DNA from: a virus
Taxonomy: Duplodnaviria > Caudoviricetes
IMG/VR virus record: IMGVR_UViG_3300033121_002101
Location: 32,001 to 96,000 of that record
Reading direction: 5' to 3' (one strand)
DNA length: 64,000 nt
The notes under the pieces are model-generated. The model saw only the letters and a list, made by a program, of their open reading frames with translations. It searched no databases and had not been told where the DNA came from. The position numbers and the translations under genes are program-made. Shown in pieces: positions 9,602 to 19,212 of the stretch (the stretch's first letter is position 1; each line of letters starts with the position of its first letter).

Positions 9602-10160
9602 TGTACCAATAGAAAAAATTCCAAGGTTCAAGCAAAGAGTCGGTGATACTGTTCTTGCTGGGCCTAGCAATTCTATTGTGGTTTTGGGTAGAGACAGATC
9701 AAAAGATGGATCAGATGATATGTCTGCTGCTAATGACGCAGGTTCTGTTTCTATAGTTGCGGGCAGAAAAACAGAAGGATTTGATCCTGAAATAGATGCT
9801 GCATCTGTTTACATTTGTGCATTGACAGATGTTGATAATACATTTAAAGGTACTTTAGAAACAGGAGAAGTTGGTTCTGCTGTTGTTTCGTTAGGTGATT
9901 CTGTAAGAATAAAAGCTAGAAATAGCGTAATAATAGTATGCGGTAGCAGTACAATAAAGATTACAAGTGACGGTAAAATCACAATAGATGGTGATGTTGA
10001 AATAGGCAAAGATGCAATAAGCAGAGCTGTCAAAGAGGCTGCAGTTGATTATCTTTTGACACATACGCATGCAGTACCAACAGGTGGTGGAATATCTGGT
10101 CCACCTACACCAACTGCATCGAGAGAATCTTTTTTGTCTAATAACTGCAAGCTAAAATAA
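9591..10160 (+). CDS. Baseplate central spike (beta-helix with HxH apex)
   Basis: Beta-strand repeats and C-terminal HTHAVPTGGGISGPP. Confidence 0.7.
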   Translation: MASNVPIEKIPRFKQRVGDTVLAGPSNSIVVLGRDRSKDGSDDMSAANDAGSVSIVAGRKTEGFDPEIDAASVYICALTDVDNTFKGTLETGEVGSAVVSLGDSVRIKARNSVIIVCGSSTIKITSDGKITIDGDVEIGKDAISRAVKEAAVDYLLTHTHAVPTGGGISGPPTPTASRESFLSNNCKLK

Positions 10161-10176
10161 TGTAAAGAAAGTAAAT

Positions 10177-10202
10177 CATTGCACAGCTACTTATGTGCAG
10201 TG
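10177..10202 (+). promoter_or_regulatory. Late-promoter-like motif CTACTTA in a hairpin loop; 3' arm contains the GTG start
   Basis: cattgcaca-gctactta-tgtgcagtg (9 bp, one G-U). Confidence 0.6.
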
Positions 10203-10589
10203 CCGTACAATTTTACATTACCTTTTAGTTTGTCTACTGGTTCAGGTGGTTATTTTGAAGTAACAAATGACGTATTGTCAGCTACTGCTTCAAATATAAG
10301 ATCTGTACTTGTAACTAATTGGGGCGAAAGGCCAATGCATTATCGCTTTGGATGCAACCTCAAAGAATTTCTATTTGAAAATAGAAGTGATCAGTTAAGA
10401 AGAAGAATAGCTGATAGAATTTTGAAGCAAATAAATGAATGGATGCCATTTATTGTAATATCTGAAATGGATATTTTGTTTTCATCAGATAATGCTTCAA
10501 TTGGTGAAAATGCTATAGGAATATATCTCGTGTTTAGATTTTCTGAAAATGAAGAACTCGCTTCGAGCATTTCATTGATTGTAGGGTGA
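10200..10589 (+). CDS. Baseplate wedge gp25-like protein
   Basis: NIRSVLVTNWGERPMHYRFGCNLKEFLFE...WMPFI; GTG 10200 start (MPYNFTLPF) preferred over TTG 10179. Confidence 0.85.
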   Translation: MPYNFTLPFSLSTGSGGYFEVTNDVLSATASNIRSVLVTNWGERPMHYRFGCNLKEFLFENRSDQLRRRIADRILKQINEWMPFIVISEMDILFSSDNASIGENAIGIYLVFRFSENEELASSISLIVG

Positions 10590-10596
10590 GGATTAA

Positions 10597-12414
10597 ATGG
10601 CTAGAAATATAGAAAAAACTAGATCTACGTCGCTTTTGAATAAAGATTTTGATTCTTTCAAAAAAGATGCGATAAGATTTATGGATGCGTATGCATCTGG
10701 AAGTATTGTAGATAAAAGCACACCATCAAGTGCAATGGTTTTAATAGAATTGATGGCTTTTATTGGAGATACACTAGCGTTTGGAATAGACCAATCATTT
10801 AATGAACTTAGAGAAGATACGTCTTCTCAAGTAGAGAACGTTGTTGAGTTTGCAAGAATGAGGGGTTATAAAGTAAAAGGAAAAACACCTGCTAGAGGAA
10901 AGCTTCCAATAATGATAGAAGTTCCTGCAGCTGTTGTTTCTGGGTCTGTTGTCCCAGATCCTCTTTATCTACCGACACTACCAAAGGGCGCGCAAGCACA
11001 ATCAAAAAATGGCGTTTTATTTGAAACACTTGAAGAAATAGACTATTCAAATTCAACTGGAAGAGATGTCACTGGATCACTTTTTAATTCAAGCGGAATT
11101 CCAACATATTTCGCTGTAAGAAAATCAGCTGAAATTATATCTGGACAAACAAAAACAGAGTCTTTTTCAATAACAGACTTTAAGCAATTTAGGACAATAG
11201 AACTGTCAGATCAGGATGTCACCGAGATCATCTCTGTTGTTGACAGCGACAACAATGAATGGGTTGAAGTGGAATACCTTGCCAACGATTGGGTGTTCAG
11301 CGCCGACTCTAATGAAACGTCTGATGCAGAAGATGTTCCATATGTTTTGAAAGTAGTAGCTGCACCCCGTAGATTCATTTCTAAATGGAATCCAGTTACA
11401 AAAAAGACGACTATTACATTTGGTTCTGGTGATGGTATTAGTTCTGATGATGAATTAATACCAAATGTCGCTGACTATTCAATACCTCTTTATGGTAAGA
11501 GAACTATTTCAAGCGTCCCAATTGATCCAAGAAACTTCTTAAAAACAAGAACACTTGGAATGAGTCCATTTAATACAACATTAACTGTTACATATAGATC
11601 TGGCGGTGGTAAAGATGGAAATGTCGAGCCGGGTTCTATAGATTCAATGGTGAAAGCTGATTTGTCTTTTGCAACAACAAATTTGGATTCTATAAAAAAA
11701 GGTGATATCGAATCATCTATACAATGTTTCAATACAGACAGAACAGATGGCGGCGCTGAAGAAGAAACTGTAAAAGAAATAAAAGCCAATTCAGCAGCAT
11801 TCTTTTCAGCTCAAGACAGATGTGTGACAAGAGATGATATGATTGCCCGTGTTCTTTCACTGCCAGCTAAATTTGGTAAGCCTGCAAAAGTTTTCGCAAA
11901 AACATCAAGACAAAATGATGGTTCTGTAGACATATATATGCTTGCAAAAAACTCTGAAGGTCATTTTATTTCTCCTTCTAACACACTGAGAAATAACGTT
12001 GCAACTTATATCAACAAGTACAGAATGCTGACTGATGGTTTTAACATTTTTAATGGAAATGTTATAAACATGAGGTGTAGATTTGGAATAGTTGTTTCTC
12101 CATCATTTAATAAAAGTGAAACAATTTCTAGATGTATAAGTGCTCTTAAAAAATATTTTGACAGTGATTTAGCACAGATTGGGCAACCAATAGTGCTGTC
12201 AAATGTTATATCAACAATTGATGATGTTGAAGGTGTCGTGTCAGTATACGAATTAAACATGACGAACGTTTTTGGTACAATTGATGGTTTACAATATTCA
12301 TCTACTAGGTTTGATTTTGAAAGTGCAACAAAAAACGGAATGATAATTTGTCCAGATAATTCTTTGATAGAATTACGTTATCCAAGAAGAGATATTGTTG
12401 GAGTTGCTAAATGA
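10597..12414 (+). CDS. Baseplate wedge gp6-like protein
   Basis: KDFDS, ARMRGYK, ITFGSGDG, GGAEEETVKEIK...AQDRCVTRDD. Confidence 0.85.
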   Translation: MARNIEKTRSTSLLNKDFDSFKKDAIRFMDAYASGSIVDKSTPSSAMVLIELMAFIGDTLAFGIDQSFNELREDTSSQVENVVEFARMRGYKVKGKTPARGKLPIMIEVPAAVVSGSVVPDPLYLPTLPKGAQAQSKNGVLFETLEEIDYSNSTGRDVTGSLFNSSGIPTYFAVRKSAEIISGQTKTESFSITDFKQFRTIELSDQDVTEIISVVDSDNNEWVEVEYLANDWVFSADSNETSDAEDVPYVLKVVAAPRRFISKWNPVTKKTTITFGSGDGISSDDELIPNVADYSIPLYGKRTISSVPIDPRNFLKTRTLGMSPFNTTLTVTYRSGGGKDGNVEPGSIDSMVKADLSFATTNLDSIKKGDIESSIQCFNTDRTDGGAEEETVKEIKANSAAFFSAQDRCVTRDDMIARVLSLPAKFGKPAKVFAKTSRQNDGSVDIYMLAKNSEGHFISPSNTLRNNVATYINKYRMLTDGFNIFNGNVINMRCRFGIVVSPSFNKSETISRCISALKKYFDSDLAQIGQPIVLSNVISTIDDVEGVVSVYELNMTNVFGTIDGLQYSSTRFDFESATKNGMIICPDNSLIELRYPRRDIVGVAK

Positions 12415-13775
12415 TATACAGAATTTATCCAGATAAAGATACATTTATATCGAATGCTGTTGTTGCAAGTGTGCAGCAAACAGGCTCAAATTATGGATAT
12501 GCTGAATCACTTGAAGTTTTTAAAATTGCTGGTGTGTCAGGTGCGCAAAGTGTGCTGTCTGGATCGCAGCTGTCAAGAATATTAATACATTTTCAGACAG
12601 CATCACTTGATAATTTCTTGTCTACAAATCCTGTTTCATCTGCTGCAAAGTCATATAGACTTTTTATGCAACATGAAACGACAGGTGATGGTTTACCACA
12701 AGCATTTACATTAAGAGTTAGAGCAGTATCTGGTTCATGGCTTGAAGGAAGAGGAATTGACACAGTAGACAGGTCTGATTATGGTGTTGCAAACTGGTGG
12801 AAATTTGATTCTTCAAATTTTTGGGTACAGAGGGGTGGAGATTGTTATGCAAGTCCAGACCTGTCTCAAACATTTGATATAGGTGATGAGAATTTAGATC
12901 TTGATGTAACAGATGCATTTAACTTATGGTCATCAGGTACAAGGAATGATGGCTTTTGTATATCACTTGCGTCTGCACATGAGAGTGACACTGTATATGA
13001 TGATTTTTACAAAAAAAGCTTTTACAGCAGACACACACAGTGGGATGAAAGAAAGCCATATGTTGAAGTTAGATGGAATGACTTCATAGGTGATGATAGA
13101 AGCAAAATGACTTGGGGAATGACAGGGTCATTGTTCTTGCATAACATAGTAGATGGACAATACACTGCATTATCAATAGGTCAATCAGCATTAATCGTTT
13201 CAATTTCAGATTTATCAGGAACAATAACAAGAGTCACAGCGTCTGCAACACAACTTGTTGGAATATACAGCGCAAGCATTTGCCTACCAAGTGCATCATA
13301 TTCAGGTTCAATTTTTTATGACTCATGGGGTTCTGGTTCATTTGCTTTTATGACAGGCTCTTTTACTTTTAAAAGTAAAACAGCGTATAAATCTTCTCAA
13401 ACGCAACAGTATACAGTAAACGTACCGAACATTAGAGAATTTTATGATGCTGAAGAAGTAGTTAGATTCAACGTCAACATAAGAAGCAGGTCATATAGAC
13501 AAGGTGTTGTTGCAACTGCATCACTTAGAGTTACACCAGATATTGTAGAAAAATGCTACTATTCTATAGAAAATGAGTCTACTAGAAGAAAAGTCATTCC
13601 TTTTGGCACAGGTTCACAACAGCATACAAGACTTTCGTATGATGAAAATGGAAACTATTTCATGTTTCCAATGACAAATTTACATTCAGGTGAAGTTTAT
13701 AGATTATATGTTTTAGTTGACAGGGATGGCCAGAGACAAATTATCGATTGCAATTCTAAATTTAGGGTAAAATGA
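12411..13775 (+). CDS. Baseplate-associated structural protein
   Basis: KDTFI/SRILIHF/W.EG.G/F.SR...P pattern (DNRLRE-like); position in baseplate cluster. Confidence 0.6.
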   Translation: MIYRIYPDKDTFISNAVVASVQQTGSNYGYAESLEVFKIAGVSGAQSVLSGSQLSRILIHFQTASLDNFLSTNPVSSAAKSYRLFMQHETTGDGLPQAFTLRVRAVSGSWLEGRGIDTVDRSDYGVANWWKFDSSNFWVQRGGDCYASPDLSQTFDIGDENLDLDVTDAFNLWSSGTRNDGFCISLASAHESDTVYDDFYKKSFYSRHTQWDERKPYVEVRWNDFIGDDRSKMTWGMTGSLFLHNIVDGQYTALSIGQSALIVSISDLSGTITRVTASATQLVGIYSASICLPSASYSGSIFYDSWGSGSFAFMTGSFTFKSKTAYKSSQTQQYTVNVPNIREFYDAEEVVRFNVNIRSRSYRQGVVATASLRVTPDIVEKCYYSIENESTRRKVIPFGTGSQQHTRLSYDENGNYFMFPMTNLHSGEVYRLYVLVDRDGQRQIIDCNSKFRVK

Positions 13776-16654
13776 GTAGAGATTTATTTAGACTATTTGG
13801 AAACGGCAATCAAGCCGCTGAGGGAAAATCAGCGACTGCACCACAAAATTTGTTTGATATGACAAATGATGATGGTGAGCAAGATGCTTTACTAAAAAAA
13901 GCAGAAAAATCACTTGAAACGTCATTAAGAGTTGATTATTCTGATTTTGCAAATCACGTGTTTCTTAATAGTGCATTAAGTTATTTTGACATTACTGGCG
14001 AAAAAATATTAAGTGAATACCCAAAAGACGGCTCAAGAGGTGAGTTGGAAGCATTCACAAATGACTTGGACGGCTACCAAAAGTACATATTAAACAATTG
14101 GCCTGTAAGATCAGGTCATATCGTGTTTAAACCGTCAGTATCTTCATCTTACGTTCAGATAGATGACGTTGGAAATTTTGACAATGTAACAAAAAATGGA
14201 ATGCTTAGCCCAGGTACTGGTTCATGGGCACTAGAAATGTGGTATAATTCTGCAAGAACGCTTACTGCATCTCAAGGAATATCTGTATTAGCACAAAAAG
14301 ATGACAGAGTAGGCGTTTCTTTAACACTTTATCTAAGCGGTAGTTCTGTTTACTTGAATTTAAAATCTGGTTCAAGTACTACAGAAGTTAGTGCGCCTGC
14401 GCACATCAACACAAGTGGTTATGTTTTAGGTGTTGTTGACAGGTCACTTGTTTCTGGTACATTGACAATATACACAGGTTCACAAAGTAAATTTCCAACT
14501 GTTGTTTCAAGTGCTTCAATAAGTTTTGGAGGAGCATTGACACTTGCAAGTGCTTCTTTATTCATTGGAAGTGGCACTTTAACATCAAAAAATCACGTTC
14601 CATATTCAGGAACAGTTGATGAAGTAAGAGTGTGGAACTGTGCACTTGCGTTAGCAGATGTAACTTCGTCTTTTAATAGAAAAATATATTCAAACAAAAA
14701 TCTTGTTGGAATGTGGCGTTTCAATGAGACAGGTTCTACTGGTTTATCTGGTGTAGACAGTATAGTGGCTGATACAAGCGGTCACATGGTGAACGGCAGA
14801 ATAAAAAACTATTGGAATGGAGCAAGAGGTTCTGGCTCTTTTGTGTATGAAACGCCAGATATAATTTGTGATGTAAGATGTGCAGAGGTTCTTTCGTTTA
14901 TAGTCGAACAAAGAACATCTGGCTCAGACTATGACAGAAATAATAGCGGAAAAATAACAGATATGTTTCCGCAAGAGCTGCTAAGAGGGCAAGAAGAACA
15001 AGAACATGACATTATAAAAAACTTTTTATATGTCATGGGCCGTTATTTCGATAAAATTAGATTGTATGCGCAGCATTTACAATACTCACTTAGAGCAAGT
15101 GAATGTACATCAAATGATGTACCAGATTCAAAACTTGAAGACTTAGCAAGATTTTTTGGTATAGAATTACCAGGAAGCTTTTCAGATACAAGTGCTTTAC
15201 AGTATCTAATTGGAAGAGATATAAAACCTGGTGAACTTGGCAACTATGAATTAGACGTAAAATTAGATGAAATTAAAAAGAAAATTTGGCGTAGACTGTT
15301 AAGCAATCTTTCTACGATTTATAAGAAAAAAGGAACAAGAGACAGCGTAAATGCTGTGATGAATGCACATGGAATTCCAAGCAACATTTTTCGTTTAAAA
15401 GAATACGGTTATTTGGAAAAATCTGCAATACGCGAAGAAAGAATTCCGTCACAAATAACGACAAGGAATGTTTTTATAAATTCAACTGACACTTTGCAGA
15501 TAAAAATGAGTCAATCGTATACTGACTTTACAATAGAAGGAAGACTAAAACTTCATCAATCAACAGGTGCGCAACAAGATATGATCATTTTTGAACATCC
15601 TGTAACTGGCCAGGCAAGCGGCTATATTAGCGCTTATCAACAAGGCGCAGGATCAACAACAGGTGCACTGTATTTTTTTGCACAAAGCGGCGAATTTGTT
15701 GGTGTGACCGGCCCCATTTTTAATGATGAATGGTTTAATTTCAGTGTTGTAAAAAAATCGCTGTCATCAGATTTATCAAATTTTAAAATAGAAGTTAATA
15801 GATTTAAAGAAAACAGAATATATTATTCTGCTTCATACGAAGAACAACTTGCTGATGTTCAGACATATCAAACGACAGATCCACAATTTTATTGTAGCAC
15901 TCAACAAAACTCATATAGCTTAGATGAATTTAGATTTTGGACTAGAGCACTTGAGCAAAATGAATTAGAAGATCACTGCTTAAACTTTAGAAGTTTTGGG
16001 TCGAATTATCCGTTAAATTTAAAAAATGATTTAATCGTACATTTAAGATGTGATGAAACATTCACTTCAGGTGCTTTCACTGTTTTATTAGACCACTCAA
16101 TGCATGGGCATAATGCAATTTGCTCAGGCACACAAGTATCAGGTACTGAATATCTTAATGAATATTCTTATATGGCATCACCAGATTTAGGGTGGACAGA
16201 TGAAAAAGTGAGAGTATTCTCAGATGAAATAAATGAAGAAGATAGACCAAGAGATATACCGGTTTTGTCTCTTGAAATGAATATGATAGATCAGCTAAAT
16301 GAAGACATATCACAAATGATGTCTTCAATTGATACAATTAATGATGCAATTGGTCATCCAACGTCACAATACAGATCAACATATGATTCTTTAGATAAAC
16401 TGAAAAAAGAATATTTTAGAAGAATGACAGATAAGTTAAATTTTAGAATATTCATTGATGCACTTGACTTTTTCGATAGATCATTTATCGATGTAATTAA
16501 AAAATTAATACCTGCAAAAGCAAGATTTTTTGGTGGAGAAACAGTGATTGAATCGCATACTTTTGAAAGATCAAAAACGCAATATGCACCGCCAGCAGAT
16601 GATAATGTTGTTGATTCAATCATAAGTTGCACGATAAATGTTTTTAGGAGATGA
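13772..16654 (+). CDS. Baseplate wedge (gp7/tail protein I-like) with two LamG-like domains
   Basis: IYKKKGTRDSV motif; DEVRVWN and DEFRFWT LamG motifs; IPAKA. Confidence 0.7.
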   Translation: MSRDLFRLFGNGNQAAEGKSATAPQNLFDMTNDDGEQDALLKKAEKSLETSLRVDYSDFANHVFLNSALSYFDITGEKILSEYPKDGSRGELEAFTNDLDGYQKYILNNWPVRSGHIVFKPSVSSSYVQIDDVGNFDNVTKNGMLSPGTGSWALEMWYNSARTLTASQGISVLAQKDDRVGVSLTLYLSGSSVYLNLKSGSSTTEVSAPAHINTSGYVLGVVDRSLVSGTLTIYTGSQSKFPTVVSSASISFGGALTLASASLFIGSGTLTSKNHVPYSGTVDEVRVWNCALALADVTSSFNRKIYSNKNLVGMWRFNETGSTGLSGVDSIVADTSGHMVNGRIKNYWNGARGSGSFVYETPDIICDVRCAEVLSFIVEQRTSGSDYDRNNSGKITDMFPQELLRGQEEQEHDIIKNFLYVMGRYFDKIRLYAQHLQYSLRASECTSNDVPDSKLEDLARFFGIELPGSFSDTSALQYLIGRDIKPGELGNYELDVKLDEIKKKIWRRLLSNLSTIYKKKGTRDSVNAVMNAHGIPSNIFRLKEYGYLEKSAIREERIPSQITTRNVFINSTDTLQIKMSQSYTDFTIEGRLKLHQSTGAQQDMIIFEHPVTGQASGYISAYQQGAGSTTGALYFFAQSGEFVGVTGPIFNDEWFNFSVVKKSLSSDLSNFKIEVNRFKENRIYYSASYEEQLADVQTYQTTDPQFYCSTQQNSYSLDEFRFWTRALEQNELEDHCLNFRSFGSNYPLNLKNDLIVHLRCDETFTSGAFTVLLDHSMHGHNAICSGTQVSGTEYLNEYSYMASPDLGWTDEKVRVFSDEINEEDRPRDIPVLSLEMNMIDQLNEDISQMMSSIDTINDAIGHPTSQYRSTYDSLDKLKKEYFRRMTDKLNFRIFIDALDFFDRSFIDVIKKLIPAKARFFGGETVIESHTFERSKTQYAPPADDNVVDSIISCTINVFRR

Positions 16655-16657
16655 ATT

Positions 16658-18595
16658 TTGTCAAACGTAATTCGCTTTTTTTCAGATAGTAAAGATGTTG
16701 TTGTTAATCAACAAACAGACAGCGCCGTTTCTGTTTCTGTTACAGGGACTTATCAGAAGCAAGTTACACATGTGTACGATCAAGTTGTTTTAGGCAATTC
16801 TGGAAAATATCCAAGATCAGCACCTGTTTTTGCTAGTTCATCTGTTGAAGTTTATACGTCTGTAAAAACGAAAAACGCAAGACAAAGAAAATCATTTGTA
16901 AGTACTTTAATTTCAACTGGTTCTGAAAGTACGTCTTTGATGTCAATTGGTTTGGGAAACCAAGAGTTTGTACAGAGACCAATATCAGCATCTAGACATG
17001 AAGTTACTGTTTTGGGTGCATATTACAGCGGCACAAACGTTATTGAAGGAGCTGTGCCGTATACATCATCTTTATATTACGCAATCAGCAGAGATATACG
17101 CAAAGTAACATTTAAACTAACAGCGAGCGCAGACATGGGGGGATATGTTGCGCATAGAGGTTTGTCTATTCACAGTAGTGCAAGTATAACAGCTCCGCAT
17201 ATCATTACATGCAATTTAGAAAACATGGAAAATAGCCAGGCAAAGTTTACTGAAAATGGTAAAATAATAGATATAAAAATATGGGTTGAGATTTTACAAG
17301 TGTCTGGTGCTTTAATACATCCACCGCTTGGACAGTTTGCGCTAGCAGTAAGAAGTCCAAATTTATCTTGGGGTCATGCACATCCATTAAGAAATTACAA
17401 TAAAGATGGTACAGTGTGGGGACCATATGAAGACCCGCCTGAATTTTATAAAAACTCTTTTTTGCTTTGGGAGCCCGCTTCTATATTCAGAGGCGTAAAA
17501 GTTCCGTACAGTGGATCACCAACATCTGACACAGATGGATTAGATCCTGCTTTTAGGTCACCATGTTGGGATCGTGATATGGGAATGAGAACAATTTTTT
17601 GTGATGGTGCGCAAGTAAGAAATCCAAGAGACATACACCAAGTCTATAAGAGAGAATTTTCAAGTGTTTTACAAGGAAATAGAGCATATTCAGCACCAAA
17701 TTATGGTTTGCTTCAGCTACCAGAAAACCCAACTGCAAGCATGTTTGGTAATGGGTGGCCGTGGTTTGATAGTGGCCACCTAAGTTCATCAAATGGTAGC
17801 GATTCTGGTTCGCCACCAAATGGGTGGCTTACAGGCGCTGGTGGTGTTGCAAGCGGTATTGAGTGGCCAACAACTGGGTCTAACATAGGACCAATTTATA
17901 TGCGTCCAGTGTATCCGCTGCTTGATGATATTTTCGTTAAAAAACTGTATCACACAGATGGATTTGCATCTGATGAAGGAAATGGAAATGTAAGACAATA
18001 TTGGCAGAGTTGGGTTGTTAAAAGGCCAGGACTAAGAGGAACAGACATGCTTGGCGTTTGGCATCTAATGATTGCAAATGGTTTTTTGAGCACAAAGACA
18101 TATACACCAACTTATTTTAGACAAGTTCGCTTTGAAATAACATATGAAGTTACGCCAGGTACAAAAAGGCAGCACGTCTATTCAGCAAATAGAGTTAAAA
18201 GATCTGGTGTTGTACCTTACAAAAAGGGTTTGAATTTAATAAGTGTCATATCTGGTTCAAAAGACTTTACATTTATTAAAAGTAATTTGACAGATGCGCC
18301 AGCAGATTATTATTCAACTGGCATATACATCGAAGCAGGAAGTGAACTTGAAATAAATAGAGCAATAGGAATTACAGACAGTGCTGATGATTTCTATAAA
18401 GAAAACTTGGCTGTTTATACAAGTGGTACATCTGTATTTACAACAACTGCAAGTTATGATCGTTCTCTCGTAGCATCTGTGTTGTCTCCGTCTGTAAGCA
18501 GTATGGGCCCAAGAACGCTGAAACAGATTGTAAACAACACTGATTTCATGACAACATCACAGATTGCTCAGTTGGTATTAAGCGGAACAATCTAA
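16658..18595 (+). CDS. Structural protein with interrupted P-domain-like beta-sandwich
   Basis: IIDIKIWVEI...LAVRSP ... LRGTDMLGVWHLMI; TTG start. Confidence 0.5.
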   Translation: MSNVIRFFSDSKDVVVNQQTDSAVSVSVTGTYQKQVTHVYDQVVLGNSGKYPRSAPVFASSSVEVYTSVKTKNARQRKSFVSTLISTGSESTSLMSIGLGNQEFVQRPISASRHEVTVLGAYYSGTNVIEGAVPYTSSLYYAISRDIRKVTFKLTASADMGGYVAHRGLSIHSSASITAPHIITCNLENMENSQAKFTENGKIIDIKIWVEILQVSGALIHPPLGQFALAVRSPNLSWGHAHPLRNYNKDGTVWGPYEDPPEFYKNSFLLWEPASIFRGVKVPYSGSPTSDTDGLDPAFRSPCWDRDMGMRTIFCDGAQVRNPRDIHQVYKREFSSVLQGNRAYSAPNYGLLQLPENPTASMFGNGWPWFDSGHLSSSNGSDSGSPPNGWLTGAGGVASGIEWPTTGSNIGPIYMRPVYPLLDDIFVKKLYHTDGFASDEGNGNVRQYWQSWVVKRPGLRGTDMLGVWHLMIANGFLSTKTYTPTYFRQVRFEITYEVTPGTKRQHVYSANRVKRSGVVPYKKGLNLISVISGSKDFTFIKSNLTDAPADYYSTGIYIEAGSELEINRAIGITDSADDFYKENLAVYTSGTSVFTTTASYDRSLVASVLSPSVSSMGPRTLKQIVNNTDFMTTSQIAQLVLSGTI

Positions 18596-18618
18596 ATGTA
18601 TAGCAAGATATATAATCT

Positions 18619-19212
18619 GTGGGCTTCTTAGATCCAACAGAGCAGATAGTAGATTTAGTTCTAACACCAGAAGGCAAAAGACAACTTGCTTCTGGTGATT
18701 TGTCTTTTGAGTATTTTTCACTTCACGACGATGAAATAGATTACAGACCACTTTTTTATCTTTCATCATCATTTACAGACGCAGACATAGAATCTATTAC
18801 TCCTCTAATGATAGAAGACACTCCGATATTAGAAGCAATCGTTGGCCGCTCTCACGGTGGCTCAAATGATTCTGTAAAACCAACATCTTTTCTTTTTGAT
18901 TCATCTGGAAAAGATGAACAGATTCCATCTATGGAAATTTCTCCGAATGTTACTGGAAGTTTACTCACTACAAACCAGCAGATCGGAACCAATAGAAATT
19001 TAATAAAAGTTGACAGAAGTTCAAATGATTTTTTACTAGTGTCTGTAAAAATGATAAATGATTCTGGAATAAAAAATCAATATGTTATTTCTTTGTTTGA
19101 GTCTGGATCAGATGGGTTCAATGAAATATTCCCAATGTATGATTCAGCTGGAAGAAGGTCATATGGAAATGATTTTATTCTAGAAATTGATTCAGAGATA
19201 GGTTCAATATGA
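18619..19212 (+). CDS. Baseplate/tail-collar-like protein (paralog of 25871)
   Basis: LVLTPEGKRQLA...FSLHDDEIDY...PILEA. Confidence 0.6.
   Translation: MGFLDPTEQIVDLVLTPEGKRQLASGDLSFEYFSLHDDEIDYRPLFYLSSSFTDADIESITPLMIEDTPILEAIVGRSHGGSNDSVKPTSFLFDSSGKDEQIPSMEISPNVTGSLLTTNQQIGTNRNLIKVDRSSNDFLLVSVKMINDSGIKNQYVISLFESGSDGFNEIFPMYDSAGRRSYGNDFILEIDSEIGSI

Noticed and set aside
10179-10199. ORF-track starts at 10179, and likewise 533, 7551, 35086, 39752, 42642 and 46892
   Set aside because: Downstream starts fit better through ATGA coupling, an SD sequence, promoter position or the expected N-terminus
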